Notes under the pieces: generated by a model
The model's database searches: none
What the model was told of the DNA's origin: nothing
Seen by the model: the letters and a program-made list of their open reading frames with translations, nothing else
Position numbers and translations under genes: made by a program
Shown: positions 25,420 to 34,670 of the stretch, in pieces
Position numbering within the stretch: position 1 is the stretch's first letter
How the letters are laid out: every line of letters starts with the position of its first letter
NCBI GenBank assembly: GCA_016838885.1
Contig: JAEKNW010000194.1
Location: 1-58,777, forward strand
DNA length: 58,777 nt
Source: Candidatus Cloacimonadota bacterium
Lineage (GTDB): Bacteria; Cloacimonadota; Cloacimonadia; Cloacimonadales; JAFGVF01
Direction: 5' to 3'

Positions 25420-26544
25420 TTAATCAAGACTTTTAGCTATCCTAAAACCCAGACCACGATTTTTATGAGTAGGTATATGATTATAACGATTAGTGATTTG
25501 GCAACTAGCTTGAGTATGCCACCATCCCCCTCCATGATTTATTCTAGAGTTTCCATCAGTTGGTCCTGTAGGATTTGATAGATTCTCTGTACTAAGAGAT
25601 CCGTTAATATCCCAGCAGAATTCATAAACATTACCTGACATATCATATAAACCTAATAAGTTGCTTTGTTTTGTGCCAACCATTTTTGTTCCTTCAGGAA
25701 CATTATTTTCACTGTACCAAGCATAATCAACTAATTCATTTACATTATTTGTACCGGAGTAAAGGGGATATCCAGATTCAGGGGTTAAACTACCACCTTT
25801 AGCAGCATACATCCATTCCATTTCAGTAGGTAATCGATAGCCGTTGGCAGCGAAATCGCAAGTAAAATTTGTGTGAATGTAGTTGTTGCTTGTAAATTCA
25901 CCTGACCAATCATTAGGATCTGTTCCTTCATTATTATAGTTATAACATGGCGTATAACCCTCTTCCATTGACCGTAAATTACAATAGATGACAGCATCGT
26001 ACCAGGAAACAAAATATACCGGATAATCATCTCCCTCACCATAACCAATAGCAGGATTTGAACCATTTATTGCTTCATATTCTGCTTGGGTAACTTCATA
26101 CTTACTTAACAAAAATGAAGTTATGGTAACGTTGGCAACACCATTATGGAAGGATCCTCCGTTAATTAAGATCAAGTTCTCGTTAATCACAGTCGACTGA
26201 TTATAAGCTGTAACCTTGAAGAAAGCTATATCATTAGAAGCAATATTTTGAGGAAGGGTATATGTATGACCAAGGGAAGTCCCAATAACGGTGTAATTTG
26301 GTTGAGCTAAATCCTCAGCTTTATAGATGTTATAATAGTCTGGAGTAACAGGATTCCCATAAATGTCAGATTCAACGGGATCCCAAGATAAGACAAATTC
26401 TCCATTGTTTTCTATGATATTAATATTTTGAGGTGCAGGAAGGTTTCGTAGGTTATGATTGTTAGGGTTATCTTCGTTTAAATTACTTTCACTGTGCAGG
26501 CTAAGACTAACAAATATCAATAAAAAAAATAAAATATGTTTCAT
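25420..26544 (-). CDS. Secreted formylglycine-generating-enzyme (SUMF1/FGE-sulfatase) domain protein with an N-terminal FN3-like domain
   Basis: 374 aa with a signal peptide. VSWYDAVIYCN, GYRLPTEMEW, GNVYEFCWD and GLGFRIA match the PF03781 C-type-lectin-like fold. Confidence 0.8.
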   Translation of the reverse strand: MKHILFFLLIFVSLSLHSESNLNEDNPNNHNLRNLPAPQNINIIENNGEFVLSWDPVESDIYGNPVTPDYYNIYKAEDLAQPNYTVIGTSLGHTYTLPQNIASNDIAFFKVTAYNQSTVINENLILINGGSFHNGVANVTITSFLLSKYEVTQAEYEAINGSNPAIGYGEGDDYPVYFVSWYDAVIYCNLRSMEEGYTPCYNYNNEGTDPNDWSGEFTSNNYIHTNFTCDFAANGYRLPTEMEWMYAAKGGSLTPESGYPLYSGTNNVNELVDYAWYSENNVPEGTKMVGTKQSNLLGLYDMSGNVYEFCWDINGSLSTENLSNPTGPTDGNSRINHGGGWWHTQASCQITNRYNHIPTHKNRGLGFRIAKSLD

Positions 26545-26573
26545 AATGGTCTCCTCTCCATTTAGTTAAGACA

Positions 26574-26602
26574 ATAATAGTCATACTTTTAAATTTTGTC
26601 AA
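26574..26602 (-). promoter_or_regulatory. Candidate sigma70-type promoter of the FGE-domain gene
   Basis: On the minus strand: TTGACA (26602-26597), N17, TATTAT (26579-26574), about 30 nt upstream of the ATG. Confidence 0.35.
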
Positions 26603-26682
26603 ACTTTTTGCGAAAAAAAATTCTTGACGCTAATAAATGATTATCCTTATTAGAAAATAACTATTAATTTATAGGAGTTTTT

Positions 26683-27939
26683 ATGAAAAAGTTCCAGACA
26701 ATGCCCTGTTTCATGTTTTTAATATCTCTATTCTTTGCATCTAATTCAATATTTGCTGTTAATATTAATATCAAAAATTACAATAAGAATTTCTTGATTT
26801 TTGAGGATAAGCTTACTTTTTCCCATTCATTTTTTGATTCATTTAGAGAGAGTATTGATATGGTTGGTGAAATTAACTCATTTTCAAGAATAAGTTATGA
26901 TAACGATGAAGTAGAATTTAATCACGAATATAAAGTTATCTATTCTTATAATGAATCTGGTCAAATTTCAGAAGTTGAAATTTTTCTCGCTGATTTTCTA
27001 ACTGGAAATCTCATGCTAGCATCAAGATCTTTTTACCATTATCAAAATGGTCTGTTGGATTATGTTTATTATGTGTCTTACAACAATCCATCCTCTTTTA
27101 TAACCCAACGATTTGATTACTATTATGATGATAATAACTATGTTGATTTTGTAAGAATTTTTTGGGGTAATACCCTAGATTCTGTTATGGATTATACCTA
27201 TTCAAGTGAAGGCTTGCTTTTAAGAGTTGACTATTTTGACGCAGATTATAATTATAATGTAACTTCATCTCAGAATTATTCTACTTATCTTTATAATGAT
27301 CAATCCCTAATAACTCAGCAAAATACTTATAAATATTATCCAAACTCAGATGATCAGTTAACATATCAAAGTGAGTACTTCTATGATGAACAAGGACTAA
27401 AAACTTCCTATATTAGCCATTTATTAACATCTAACTTACAATTGATAGAAGAATATGTATATGATGAAAACAATTATTTAATCCGGGTTGATAAATCACA
27501 AATTAATAACAATATTGTAGAGGATAGTGGTTATACTTTAATCACGAACGATGGCAGTGGTAACCAAATTAGAGAAGATAGTTTTAGTATAGAAGATGAG
27601 ATCACGAGTTATTTAACAAGGGATTTTCTAAGCATAGTATCGAACAGTGATTCTGATTTAGTCCCTGCCTATAACCTAAGAAATTATCCTAATCCTTTCA
27701 ATCCCCAGACAACCATCAGCTTCAATATTCTTAAAGCTGGATTTGTATCACTTACTGTCTATAATATTTTAGGTCAGAAAGTTACTAGTCTGATTAACGC
27801 TTTTAAAGAGACAGGAGATCATCAGATTGTCTGGAAGGGCTTAGATGATAATGGTCATGATGTAGCTTCAGGAGTTTATCTCTACCGAATCCAAGTAGGT
27901 AAAGAAAGTAAAACAAAAAAAATGATTCTCATGAAATAA
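26683..27939 (+). CDS. Secreted protein with YD-like repeats and a T9SS-type (Por_Secre_tail / FlgD-Ig-like) C-terminal sorting domain
   Basis: 418 aa with a signal peptide. Y-x-Y-D/N-rich units repeat. The C-terminus NYPNPFNPQTTISF..VYNILGQKV..SGVYLYRIQ..KKMILMK is the typical TIGR04183 pattern. Confidence 0.8.
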   Translation: MKKFQTMPCFMFLISLFFASNSIFAVNINIKNYNKNFLIFEDKLTFSHSFFDSFRESIDMVGEINSFSRISYDNDEVEFNHEYKVIYSYNESGQISEVEIFLADFLTGNLMLASRSFYHYQNGLLDYVYYVSYNNPSSFITQRFDYYYDDNNYVDFVRIFWGNTLDSVMDYTYSSEGLLLRVDYFDADYNYNVTSSQNYSTYLYNDQSLITQQNTYKYYPNSDDQLTYQSEYFYDEQGLKTSYISHLLTSNLQLIEEYVYDENNYLIRVDKSQINNNIVEDSGYTLITNDGSGNQIREDSFSIEDEITSYLTRDFLSIVSNSDSDLVPAYNLRNYPNPFNPQTTISFNILKAGFVSLTVYNILGQKVTSLINAFKETGDHQIVWKGLDDNGHDVASGVYLYRIQVGKESKTKKMILMK

Positions 27940-28010
27940 TCTAAAAAAAACTTGTCTAAAATCTCTCATTTTATTTTGTAATAACAAGAGAAATGTTAGG
28001 AGAGATTTTT

Positions 28011-28943
28011 ATGATTCAGAAGAATACCTTAGTATTAGATGCTATGCCGGATATATTCTGGCAAAAAGTAGATGAAAGTGGTAAGAGAGATTATTTTTCT
28101 AACGACAATCTACTCTTTTCCGAAGAGATTGAAATTATTGTCTTAAGAACAAAAAGTGTTATTACTGAATCTCATTATAAGCGATTTCCTAACTTAAAAT
28201 GTATAATCAGGGCTGGTTCCGGATATGATAATATTGATGTAGAAAAGGCAAAGGACTATGGTATTGAAGTTCAGAACACTCCCAATGCGAATGTTAACTC
28301 TGCCTTTGAACATACAATAGGATTACTTTTTGCTCTTATCAAAAATCATAAGGCTCATAATCAAAGTGTCTTAAGTGATAAATGGAGAGATGGTATAGAT
28401 TCAAACTTAGAGGTCTCAGATTTAAGAGTCTTAATAGTAGGATTTGGAAGAGTTGGTTCATCCCTAGGTAAGTTCTTAAGAAGCTTAGGAGCACAAGTTA
28501 GATTCGTTGATCCTGAAGTTGAAGCTTCAGAGCAGAGATTTGAGGGAATTTCACCTATCAGTTATGAGGAAGGATTAGGATGGGCCAATGTTATCAGCTA
28601 TCACTGTCCCCTCTATTCACAAACTGGTGGTTACTTTGATGAAGATTGTCTGAATTTCATTAATCAAGCCTATATCTTAAATGTTGCTCGTGGAGGAATA
28701 GTTGATATTGATGCTCTAGTGAAAGGTATTGAGCAGGGCAAGATTTTAGGTGCTGGTATTGATGTAATGGAAGCTGAACCATGGCGTTGTGAGGGTTGGG
28801 AAGATAACCCTAAGATAATCATGACCCCCCACACAGGGGCATATACTGAACAAGCAAAAGAGAGATTATCAATAGAAACATATCAAACATGGCAGGATTT
28901 TGTTTTTCATAAGATCGTGAGACATCCCATCAGAGTGTGGTGA
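28011..28943 (+). CDS. D-isomer-specific 2-hydroxyacid dehydrogenase family protein (PGDH/PdxB-like)
   Basis: GFGRVGSSLG is a NAD-binding motif and NVARGG..D..E..PHTG the catalytic pattern. ATG at 28011 follows AGGAGA; the ORF extends to 27993. Confidence 0.75.
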   Translation: MIQKNTLVLDAMPDIFWQKVDESGKRDYFSNDNLLFSEEIEIIVLRTKSVITESHYKRFPNLKCIIRAGSGYDNIDVEKAKDYGIEVQNTPNANVNSAFEHTIGLLFALIKNHKAHNQSVLSDKWRDGIDSNLEVSDLRVLIVGFGRVGSSLGKFLRSLGAQVRFVDPEVEASEQRFEGISPISYEEGLGWANVISYHCPLYSQTGGYFDEDCLNFINQAYILNVARGGIVDIDALVKGIEQGKILGAGIDVMEAEPWRCEGWEDNPKIIMTPHTGAYTEQAKERLSIETYQTWQDFVFHKIVRHPIRVW

Positions 28944-29006
28944 TAAATTTTCTTGACTAAATTCAGAAAATAATAAATTTTAATGCAAACTCTTAAAGGA
29001 GACTAA

Positions 29007-30152
29007 ATGAAGAAGTATTTGTTATCATCTTTACTTATTATTATGATATCGTTAATAGGTGCTCAAGCCTACTTTTTTGACATGCGCCTAGGTGATTTTG
29101 GTTGTATAACTAGAGTAGTTTTTGAGTTTACTGGAAAAGTAGATTATAATATTCATTCCAATGAAAAAGAGCTTAAGATAGATTTTTCATCCTTGAAAGA
29201 GGGTGATATTCAGTTACCTGTTGAGAAATCAAATAATATTGAACTTATCAAAATAAATAAAGAAAATGGAGTATCCCAAGTAAAATTTGACTTTGTTTAC
29301 GCTCTTGAATATGCGTCTTATTCTTATTACGAAAAGAATAAACATCTTTTAATTGTTCTTGATGTTTATGATAAAGAATACCTTGATAATAAGGAAAAAG
29401 GGCTAGCAACAATATTATTCAAAGCTCAGAAATTCCCCCTAAGCAAATCAGAATCGGAGCTCTTTGCTTTTTCCAATAGATATCCTACAGATCCTTTAGT
29501 TAACTTTTATTTAGGTAGATTATACGCTGTTCAGAAGAATAAAACTATGGCTGTAAGTTACTTAGAAAAAATAGAATCTGGATCTGTCTTTTATTTAGAT
29601 GCTCAAGCCTATATAGCAAATTTAAAGAATAATAAATATCCTCAAGGGGAGATTAAACCTGATTTTCTTGATTCTATTAAAACAGAAGAAAGTTCTGAGA
29701 TTATTCAAAAAACTACAATACCCACCCCTGTTAATGACTTAAAAGAAGAGAATCAAGTTGAAGCAAATAAGGTTGAAGTGGTGAATGAATCAGGAAGTAA
29801 AAATATTGATCATGATAAAGATGATATCCCTGTGCAGACTTCTTCTAAGACTAATCCTATTTGGCTTATGATTGTTGGAATATCATTTTTGATTATCATA
29901 GTTCAATTTGTTAGAAATATCAAAAGAAACATCTTGATTAAAGAACTCAATGCAAAATTAGAAAATACAAATTTTGAGTTAAGAGCCTTAGCTAATAAAT
30001 TAGAGAAAGGGGTTATCGAGAACAGCAAAACAAAAGACAGAATTATTATTAAACTTTATAACAATGGTTGGAAAGCTAATGATATCGCTAATGAACTTAA
30101 CACCTCTTTAGAAATAGTTGAGGCTACTATTAGTAAAGAAGGAAGACTTTAA
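29007..30152 (+). CDS. Single-pass membrane protein: signal peptide, AMIN-like domain, TPR-like region, TM, coiled coil, C-terminal helix-turn-helix
   Basis: TRVVFEFTGKVDYNI..LKIDF is AMIN-like. The TM is PIWLMIVGISFLIIIVQFV. The tail KLYNNGWKANDIANELNTSLEIVEATI is HTH-like. Confidence 0.6.
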   Translation: MKKYLLSSLLIIMISLIGAQAYFFDMRLGDFGCITRVVFEFTGKVDYNIHSNEKELKIDFSSLKEGDIQLPVEKSNNIELIKINKENGVSQVKFDFVYALEYASYSYYEKNKHLLIVLDVYDKEYLDNKEKGLATILFKAQKFPLSKSESELFAFSNRYPTDPLVNFYLGRLYAVQKNKTMAVSYLEKIESGSVFYLDAQAYIANLKNNKYPQGEIKPDFLDSIKTEESSEIIQKTTIPTPVNDLKEENQVEANKVEVVNESGSKNIDHDKDDIPVQTSSKTNPIWLMIVGISFLIIIVQFVRNIKRNILIKELNAKLENTNFELRALANKLEKGVIENSKTKDRIIIKLYNNGWKANDIANELNTSLEIVEATISKEGRL

Positions 30153-31666
30153 TGCCTAAAAAAATATTTTTGCTTCTCTCTATGTTGTCCATAGTTTTAT
30201 TATGGAGTTATGATGACCTGAACAATAAAGAGATCTCTTCATCCTACACTAAAAGTTTCACAGTTGAGAAGTATAGTCCCTTATACGCAGATTATGAAAT
30301 TATAGATACTTATGATTTTCCTTTGCAATCAAAAGCAAAATTCTTTCAAACTTTAAACAATTATTTTACTTCATCCACTAAAAGTCAATCTTTGATGTTT
30401 TACCAGAAAGAAGGAAAAAAAGTTGAAGGTCATGTCTTTGGTGGAGTAAATTATTATCAAAACCAGGATTCTGACAGCTATCTCTTTCCTTATTATGGTT
30501 TCGAAGTCAAAGCTCATTATGAGAATTTCTTTCTTGCCGGAAAATGGTGGAAGGGGCACACAACCTCTAAAGATTCAACCAATCACCATCTAAACTCTTG
30601 GTATCAGAGTTCTAAAGATGAAGATAAAATTTATATAGACAAGATTCAAGGTGAACTTAAATATAACATCCCTGATTTAGGTTATGTTGGGCTTAATCGA
30701 GGTAAACTTGACTTGGGAAGCAATATTGGTGGGAGTATTATTCTTAATGATGAAAATACTAATGATTATACCTATTTGAATTATCACTTTAAATTTGGAG
30801 ATTTTTCCTTAGATTTTGCTCACGCTTCATTAATTGCTGATAGTATCAATACTTATCATGCAGAGCCTGGCTCAATTCCAAAAGAAAGTGCTCCTGATAA
30901 ATTCCTCGCCCTACATAGATTTGGTTGGAGACCAAGCGATAAGCTCTTTCTGTTTGTAGGAGAAGAAATATTTTACGGCAATAGAGGAGTTGATTATAAC
31001 TACTTCTTACCTGTAGGATTTTGGAGAATTACTGAACATAATCAAGCTGATCGGGATAATATTCTTATCTTTGGCGGACTTGAATATTCTGCTTTTAAGA
31101 ATAATCACATCTATACTAATATTATCTTTGATGAACTTTCAAAGAGTAAACTATTTACAAGTTGGTGGGGAAATAAATATGCTATTCAAATCGGTATAAG
31201 GCAGAGCAATATAACCTCTTCTCCCCTCTTTAGTTGGAATAGTATAGGTCTGGAATTCACTGCTGTTAGACCCTGGATTTATACCCACAAGTATCTTTAT
31301 ACTAAAGCATCAAATGATAATCAACCGCTGGGATTTGCTGATGGCTCTAACCTGCTCAAATATAGCGCTGAAAGTAAATTCTCTTTTTTTAATGACAAGA
31401 TAGACTGGATATTAAATGGCTCTTATCTCCGACAAGGAAGTGTGGGTAATAATTTCTCTTTGAATTATGCTTATGAGATCAGTAACACTGATAATGAGAA
31501 TGCTTCATGGCTAGATGGCTCCATTACAGATACTTATAGATTAAAACAAGAGCTTGATATTAAACTACTTTACAGTCACAGATTTAAGATAAGTTATGAA
31601 CTGAGCAAAGTTAGAAAAAGTTCTACTGAATCTGAATTAGTTTTGAGTTATCAGACTAGATTTTAA
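30152..31666 (+). CDS. Putative outer-membrane beta-barrel protein (possibly Wzi-like)
   Basis: 504 aa with a signal peptide. It is aromatic-rich and ends in SYQTRF. Its ATG overlaps the upstream TAA. Confidence 0.55.
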   Translation: MPKKIFLLLSMLSIVLLWSYDDLNNKEISSSYTKSFTVEKYSPLYADYEIIDTYDFPLQSKAKFFQTLNNYFTSSTKSQSLMFYQKEGKKVEGHVFGGVNYYQNQDSDSYLFPYYGFEVKAHYENFFLAGKWWKGHTTSKDSTNHHLNSWYQSSKDEDKIYIDKIQGELKYNIPDLGYVGLNRGKLDLGSNIGGSIILNDENTNDYTYLNYHFKFGDFSLDFAHASLIADSINTYHAEPGSIPKESAPDKFLALHRFGWRPSDKLFLFVGEEIFYGNRGVDYNYFLPVGFWRITEHNQADRDNILIFGGLEYSAFKNNHIYTNIIFDELSKSKLFTSWWGNKYAIQIGIRQSNITSSPLFSWNSIGLEFTAVRPWIYTHKYLYTKASNDNQPLGFADGSNLLKYSAESKFSFFNDKIDWILNGSYLRQGSVGNNFSLNYAYEISNTDNENASWLDGSITDTYRLKQELDIKLLYSHRFKISYELSKVRKSSTESELVLSYQTRF

Positions 31667-31675
31667 TAGATTAGA

Positions 31676-32719
31676 ATGATAATAATTTTAATACTTTATC
31701 TAATTATCTTATTTCTACATATCATCTTAGGTTTGTTTATTCTTAAAAAGTATTCTATTCAAAATGATAAAGTCCATAGTTTTTCCATAATTGTTGTTGC
31801 TCATAATGAAGAAAAAATGATTCGCCCCCTCTTAGATAGTCTCTTAGCTTTAAATTATCCTCATGATAAATTAGAAATAATCTTAGTGGATGATCATTCC
31901 TCAGATAACACCTGGAGCATTATTAGCACTTTTGCTTTACAAATAAGCTATGCAACTGCTATTAAAACTCATCCTCGTTACCATGATTATAGAGGGAAAA
32001 AAGCGGGACTTCAATCAGCTTTAGATATAGCTCAAAATGAGATTATTGCTTTCACTGATGCTGATGCTGCCGTACCTTCTTCTTGGTTAGAGAATTATAA
32101 CAAATATTTCACTGAAGACAGAGGACTCGTTATAGGCTACATTAGAGGTGAAAATATAACTTACATGAGACGCTATAAACGAATAATATCTTCAGGCATC
32201 TTCGCATCCTTCTCAGGAATTGGTTATCCCTTTTCTTGTAGTGGTGCTAATTTGGCTATAAGAAGAAGAGTTATAGAGCAAGTTGGCGGGTATGAGAAAA
32301 TTAAAAACTTCCCTTCAGGGGATGATAAGCAGATGCTAAATTTAGTGAGAGAAAGTGGATATTCAATTGCCTATAATTCAGAATCAAAAGTTATTGAAAG
32401 AGCACGTAAATTCACCCCGGAACAAGCATATCAACAAAACCTTAGGCATTATGGTAAAATTTCTCTCTCTTCCCCTCTTTACCAAATAGGTTTGATTTTA
32501 ATTATCTGCTATTATCTTTCAGTTCCCCTACTCTCGCTTTTTAATCCATCTTTGTTTTTATTATTTTGGTTAAGTAATCTTATTTTTTATCTCTTTAGTT
32601 GTTGGAAGCATAGAGAATTATTCAAAATTGAAGATCTTTTTCTAACTATTCTTTATCCTTATTTTATGCTTTATTTTTCAATTATTGGGTCTTTTCAAGA
32701 GGCAAAATGGAAAAAATAA
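31676..32719 (+). CDS. Membrane-embedded family-2 glycosyltransferase, processive-synthase-like
   Basis: It has an N-terminal TM, IVVAHNEE, VDDHSSD, TDADA, GDDKQM, QQNLRH (QxxRW-like) and C-terminal TM helices. Confidence 0.75.
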   Translation: MIIILILYLIILFLHIILGLFILKKYSIQNDKVHSFSIIVVAHNEEKMIRPLLDSLLALNYPHDKLEIILVDDHSSDNTWSIISTFALQISYATAIKTHPRYHDYRGKKAGLQSALDIAQNEIIAFTDADAAVPSSWLENYNKYFTEDRGLVIGYIRGENITYMRRYKRIISSGIFASFSGIGYPFSCSGANLAIRRRVIEQVGGYEKIKNFPSGDDKQMLNLVRESGYSIAYNSESKVIERARKFTPEQAYQQNLRHYGKISLSSPLYQIGLILIICYYLSVPLLSLFNPSLFLLFWLSNLIFYLFSCWKHRELFKIEDLFLTILYPYFMLYFSIIGSFQEAKWKK

Positions 32720-33576
32720 AGAAAAAAGTTAGTTTTCTTTTAAAAATCTTAGTATCTCTAGTAATCTTGATTTTTATCTACTCAAAAATCGATTTTACTA
32801 TGTTTGCGACAAACATCAAGCAACTTTCCTTTTTTACAATTATAATCCTGATAATCACTGCAATCATGAAACACGTAACACAAGGATTAAATTGGTATTA
32901 CGCCCTATCTATTAACCCCAAATATAAACCAACAAGCTATGATATTATTAAAAGCTATCTAATTGGTATATCTTTAGGATTTGTTCTCCCAGGAGGACAT
33001 GCCACTTACGGCAAAATGTATTTTATTGAAAATTCAAAAAAAGCAACATTCGTTTCTGTCCTAATCGAAAAATTCTTTCAAACTTGGGGAAATCTAATCT
33101 ATGCCTCAATAGCAGCTATCTTCTTCTTTAAAAATATTGATATCTGGATCCGAATTTCAATATCTTTGGCAGTTGTTCTTTCTCCACTCGTTTTACTCTT
33201 AATAATCTATTTTATTCCAAAATATAGAGTTCATATTCCAACACTTACCAAGATATTCCCAAAAATTGTTATTAGTCAGTTGATTTATGTCCCTCTTACT
33301 GTTATTCAATATTGGTTAATCTTAGCTTCCTTCACTAATATAAATTTTATTCAAAGCTGTATCTCCACTACCCTTATTCTCTCTGCTAATGTTATCCCCA
33401 TAACCTTTTCAGGATTAGGATTAAGGGAATACTTTGCCATCAAGGTGCTTGGTCAATATGGAATTAGTAATACTTCTGCGGTTACTGCAGCCCTGATTAT
33501 TTTCTTTATCAATTCAATACTTCCTGCCCTCATTGGAGTGGGATATATCATCAACCATAAGAAGAAATCTATTTAA
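32707..33576 (+). CDS. Flippase-like membrane protein (UPF0104 / lysyl-PG synthase TM-region family)
   Basis: 289-aa polytopic protein with the typical basic N-terminus followed by a KILVSLVIL helix. It overlaps the GT2 gene by 13 nt. Confidence 0.65.
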   Translation: MEKIKKKVSFLLKILVSLVILIFIYSKIDFTMFATNIKQLSFFTIIILIITAIMKHVTQGLNWYYALSINPKYKPTSYDIIKSYLIGISLGFVLPGGHATYGKMYFIENSKKATFVSVLIEKFFQTWGNLIYASIAAIFFFKNIDIWIRISISLAVVLSPLVLLLIIYFIPKYRVHIPTLTKIFPKIVISQLIYVPLTVIQYWLILASFTNINFIQSCISTTLILSANVIPITFSGLGLREYFAIKVLGQYGISNTSAVTAALIIFFINSILPALIGVGYIINHKKKSI

Positions 33577-33582
33577 GACACC

Positions 33583-33609
33583 AAACCCTAAACCCTAAAC
33601 CCTAAACCC
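33583..33609. repeat. (AAACCCT)x4 heptamer tandem repeat (GGGTTTA on the minus strand)
   Basis: CCC runs lie at 33586, 33593, 33600 and 33607. Confidence 0.85.
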
Positions 33610-33738
33610 AACTCATCGCTCTTCACCAGATTCACTCTTCACAAACCTTCTTTCTCTGATAATTTCCAATTTATCTTGACAGATTAATCCCCTCAAATTA
33701 ATTAAATTAATTATAATTTTGAATCAAATGGAGTTAAG

Positions 33739-34203
33739 ATGTATAACACTATTCAAGGTGAATTAATAGTACAGGATACAACGTTCTGTATAGTAGTAAG
33801 TCGATTTAATGAGTTCATTAGTAGCAAGTTATTATCAGGCGCAATAGATTGTTTGATGCGGCATGGAGCTGCTGAAAAAGATATTACTGTTGTTTGGGTT
33901 CCAGGTGCTTTTGAGATTCCTTTAACTGCTAAAAAATTAGCCAAAACAAATGTTTATCATGCCATAATCTGTCTTGGAGCAGTTATTAGAGGTGCAACAC
34001 CACACTTCGATTATGTAAGCAATGAAGTTGCTAAAGGTGTGGGAATCGTAGGTCTAGAGACCGAACTTCCTGTAATTTTTGGTATATTAACAACCGATTC
34101 TATAGAACAAGCCATTGAACGTGCCGGAACAAAAGCTGGTAACAAAGGTTGGGACAGTGCATTAACTGCTATAGAAATGACAAATTTATTTCAAAGGATA
34201 TAA
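33739..34203 (+). CDS. ribH: 6,7-dimethyl-8-ribityllumazine synthase
   Basis: 154 aa. [17 protein letters not shown] and HFDYV are lumazine synthase motifs. Confidence 0.93.
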   Translation: MYNTIQGELIVQDTTFCIVVSRFNEFISSKLLSGAIDCLMRHGAAEKDITVVWVPGAFEIPLTAKKLAKTNVYHAIICLGAVIRGATPHFDYVSNEVAKGVGIVGLETELPVIFGILTTDSIEQAIERAGTKAGNKGWDSALTAIEMTNLFQRI

Positions 34204-34214
34204 TAAAAACAATT

Positions 34215-34670
34215 ATGGGTATGCGGAGAAAAGGAAGAGAAATTACCTTACAGGTTTTATATGCAATTGATTTTCCAGATAAAATCACCAGTATTGATGC
34301 TTATGATGCATTAAATTATTACTTAGAACAACTTGATAGCATTTGCTTAGAGGCAGATATTAAAAGCACTTCATCTGTCTATGAATTTGCCTTAAATCTT
34401 ATTAAAAACACCTTACTTAATCTAGATACCATTGATATAATGATCAAAGAACAAAGTGAAAATTGGGACTTTAGTAGGTTAGCTTTAATTGATAAAAATA
34501 TCCTCAGAATGGCAACTTATGAGATTGTTTTTCAAAGAATTCACCCTGCTATTATTATAAATGAAGCTATTGAAATTGCTAAAAAATTTAGCACAGAAAA
34601 CTCCGGCAAATTTATTAATGGAATACTAGACGCAGTCTATCAAAAGGCAAAAGATAATTTCAATGAGTAA
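34215..34670 (+). CDS. nusB: Transcription antitermination factor NusB
   Basis: Start at MGMRRKGREITLQVLY after the ribH stop. It has the conserved ribH-nusB pairing and the C-terminal FINGILD. Confidence 0.88.
   Translation: MGMRRKGREITLQVLYAIDFPDKITSIDAYDALNYYLEQLDSICLEADIKSTSSVYEFALNLIKNTLLNLDTIDIMIKEQSENWDFSRLALIDKNILRMATYEIVFQRIHPAIIINEAIEIAKKFSTENSGKFINGILDAVYQKAKDNFNE

Noticed and set aside
25420-25560. A diversity-generating retroelement target. The FGE/C-type-lectin domain C-terminus (..GGGWWHTQASCQITNRYNHIPTHKNRGLGFR) looks like a diversified VR with many NNT codons.
   Set aside because: I found no template repeat resembling this 130-bp segment anywhere in the window. There is no reverse transcriptase or avd-like ORF, and no GC-rich hairpin directly after the stop. 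NNT codons are expected in an AT-rich genome. A TR/RT elsewhere in the genome cannot be excluded; a whole-genome self-blast of 25420-25560 would settle it.
33577-33738. An FMN riboswitch upstream of ribH
   Set aside because: The spacer lacks the conserved RFN core and is a G-poor repeat tract.
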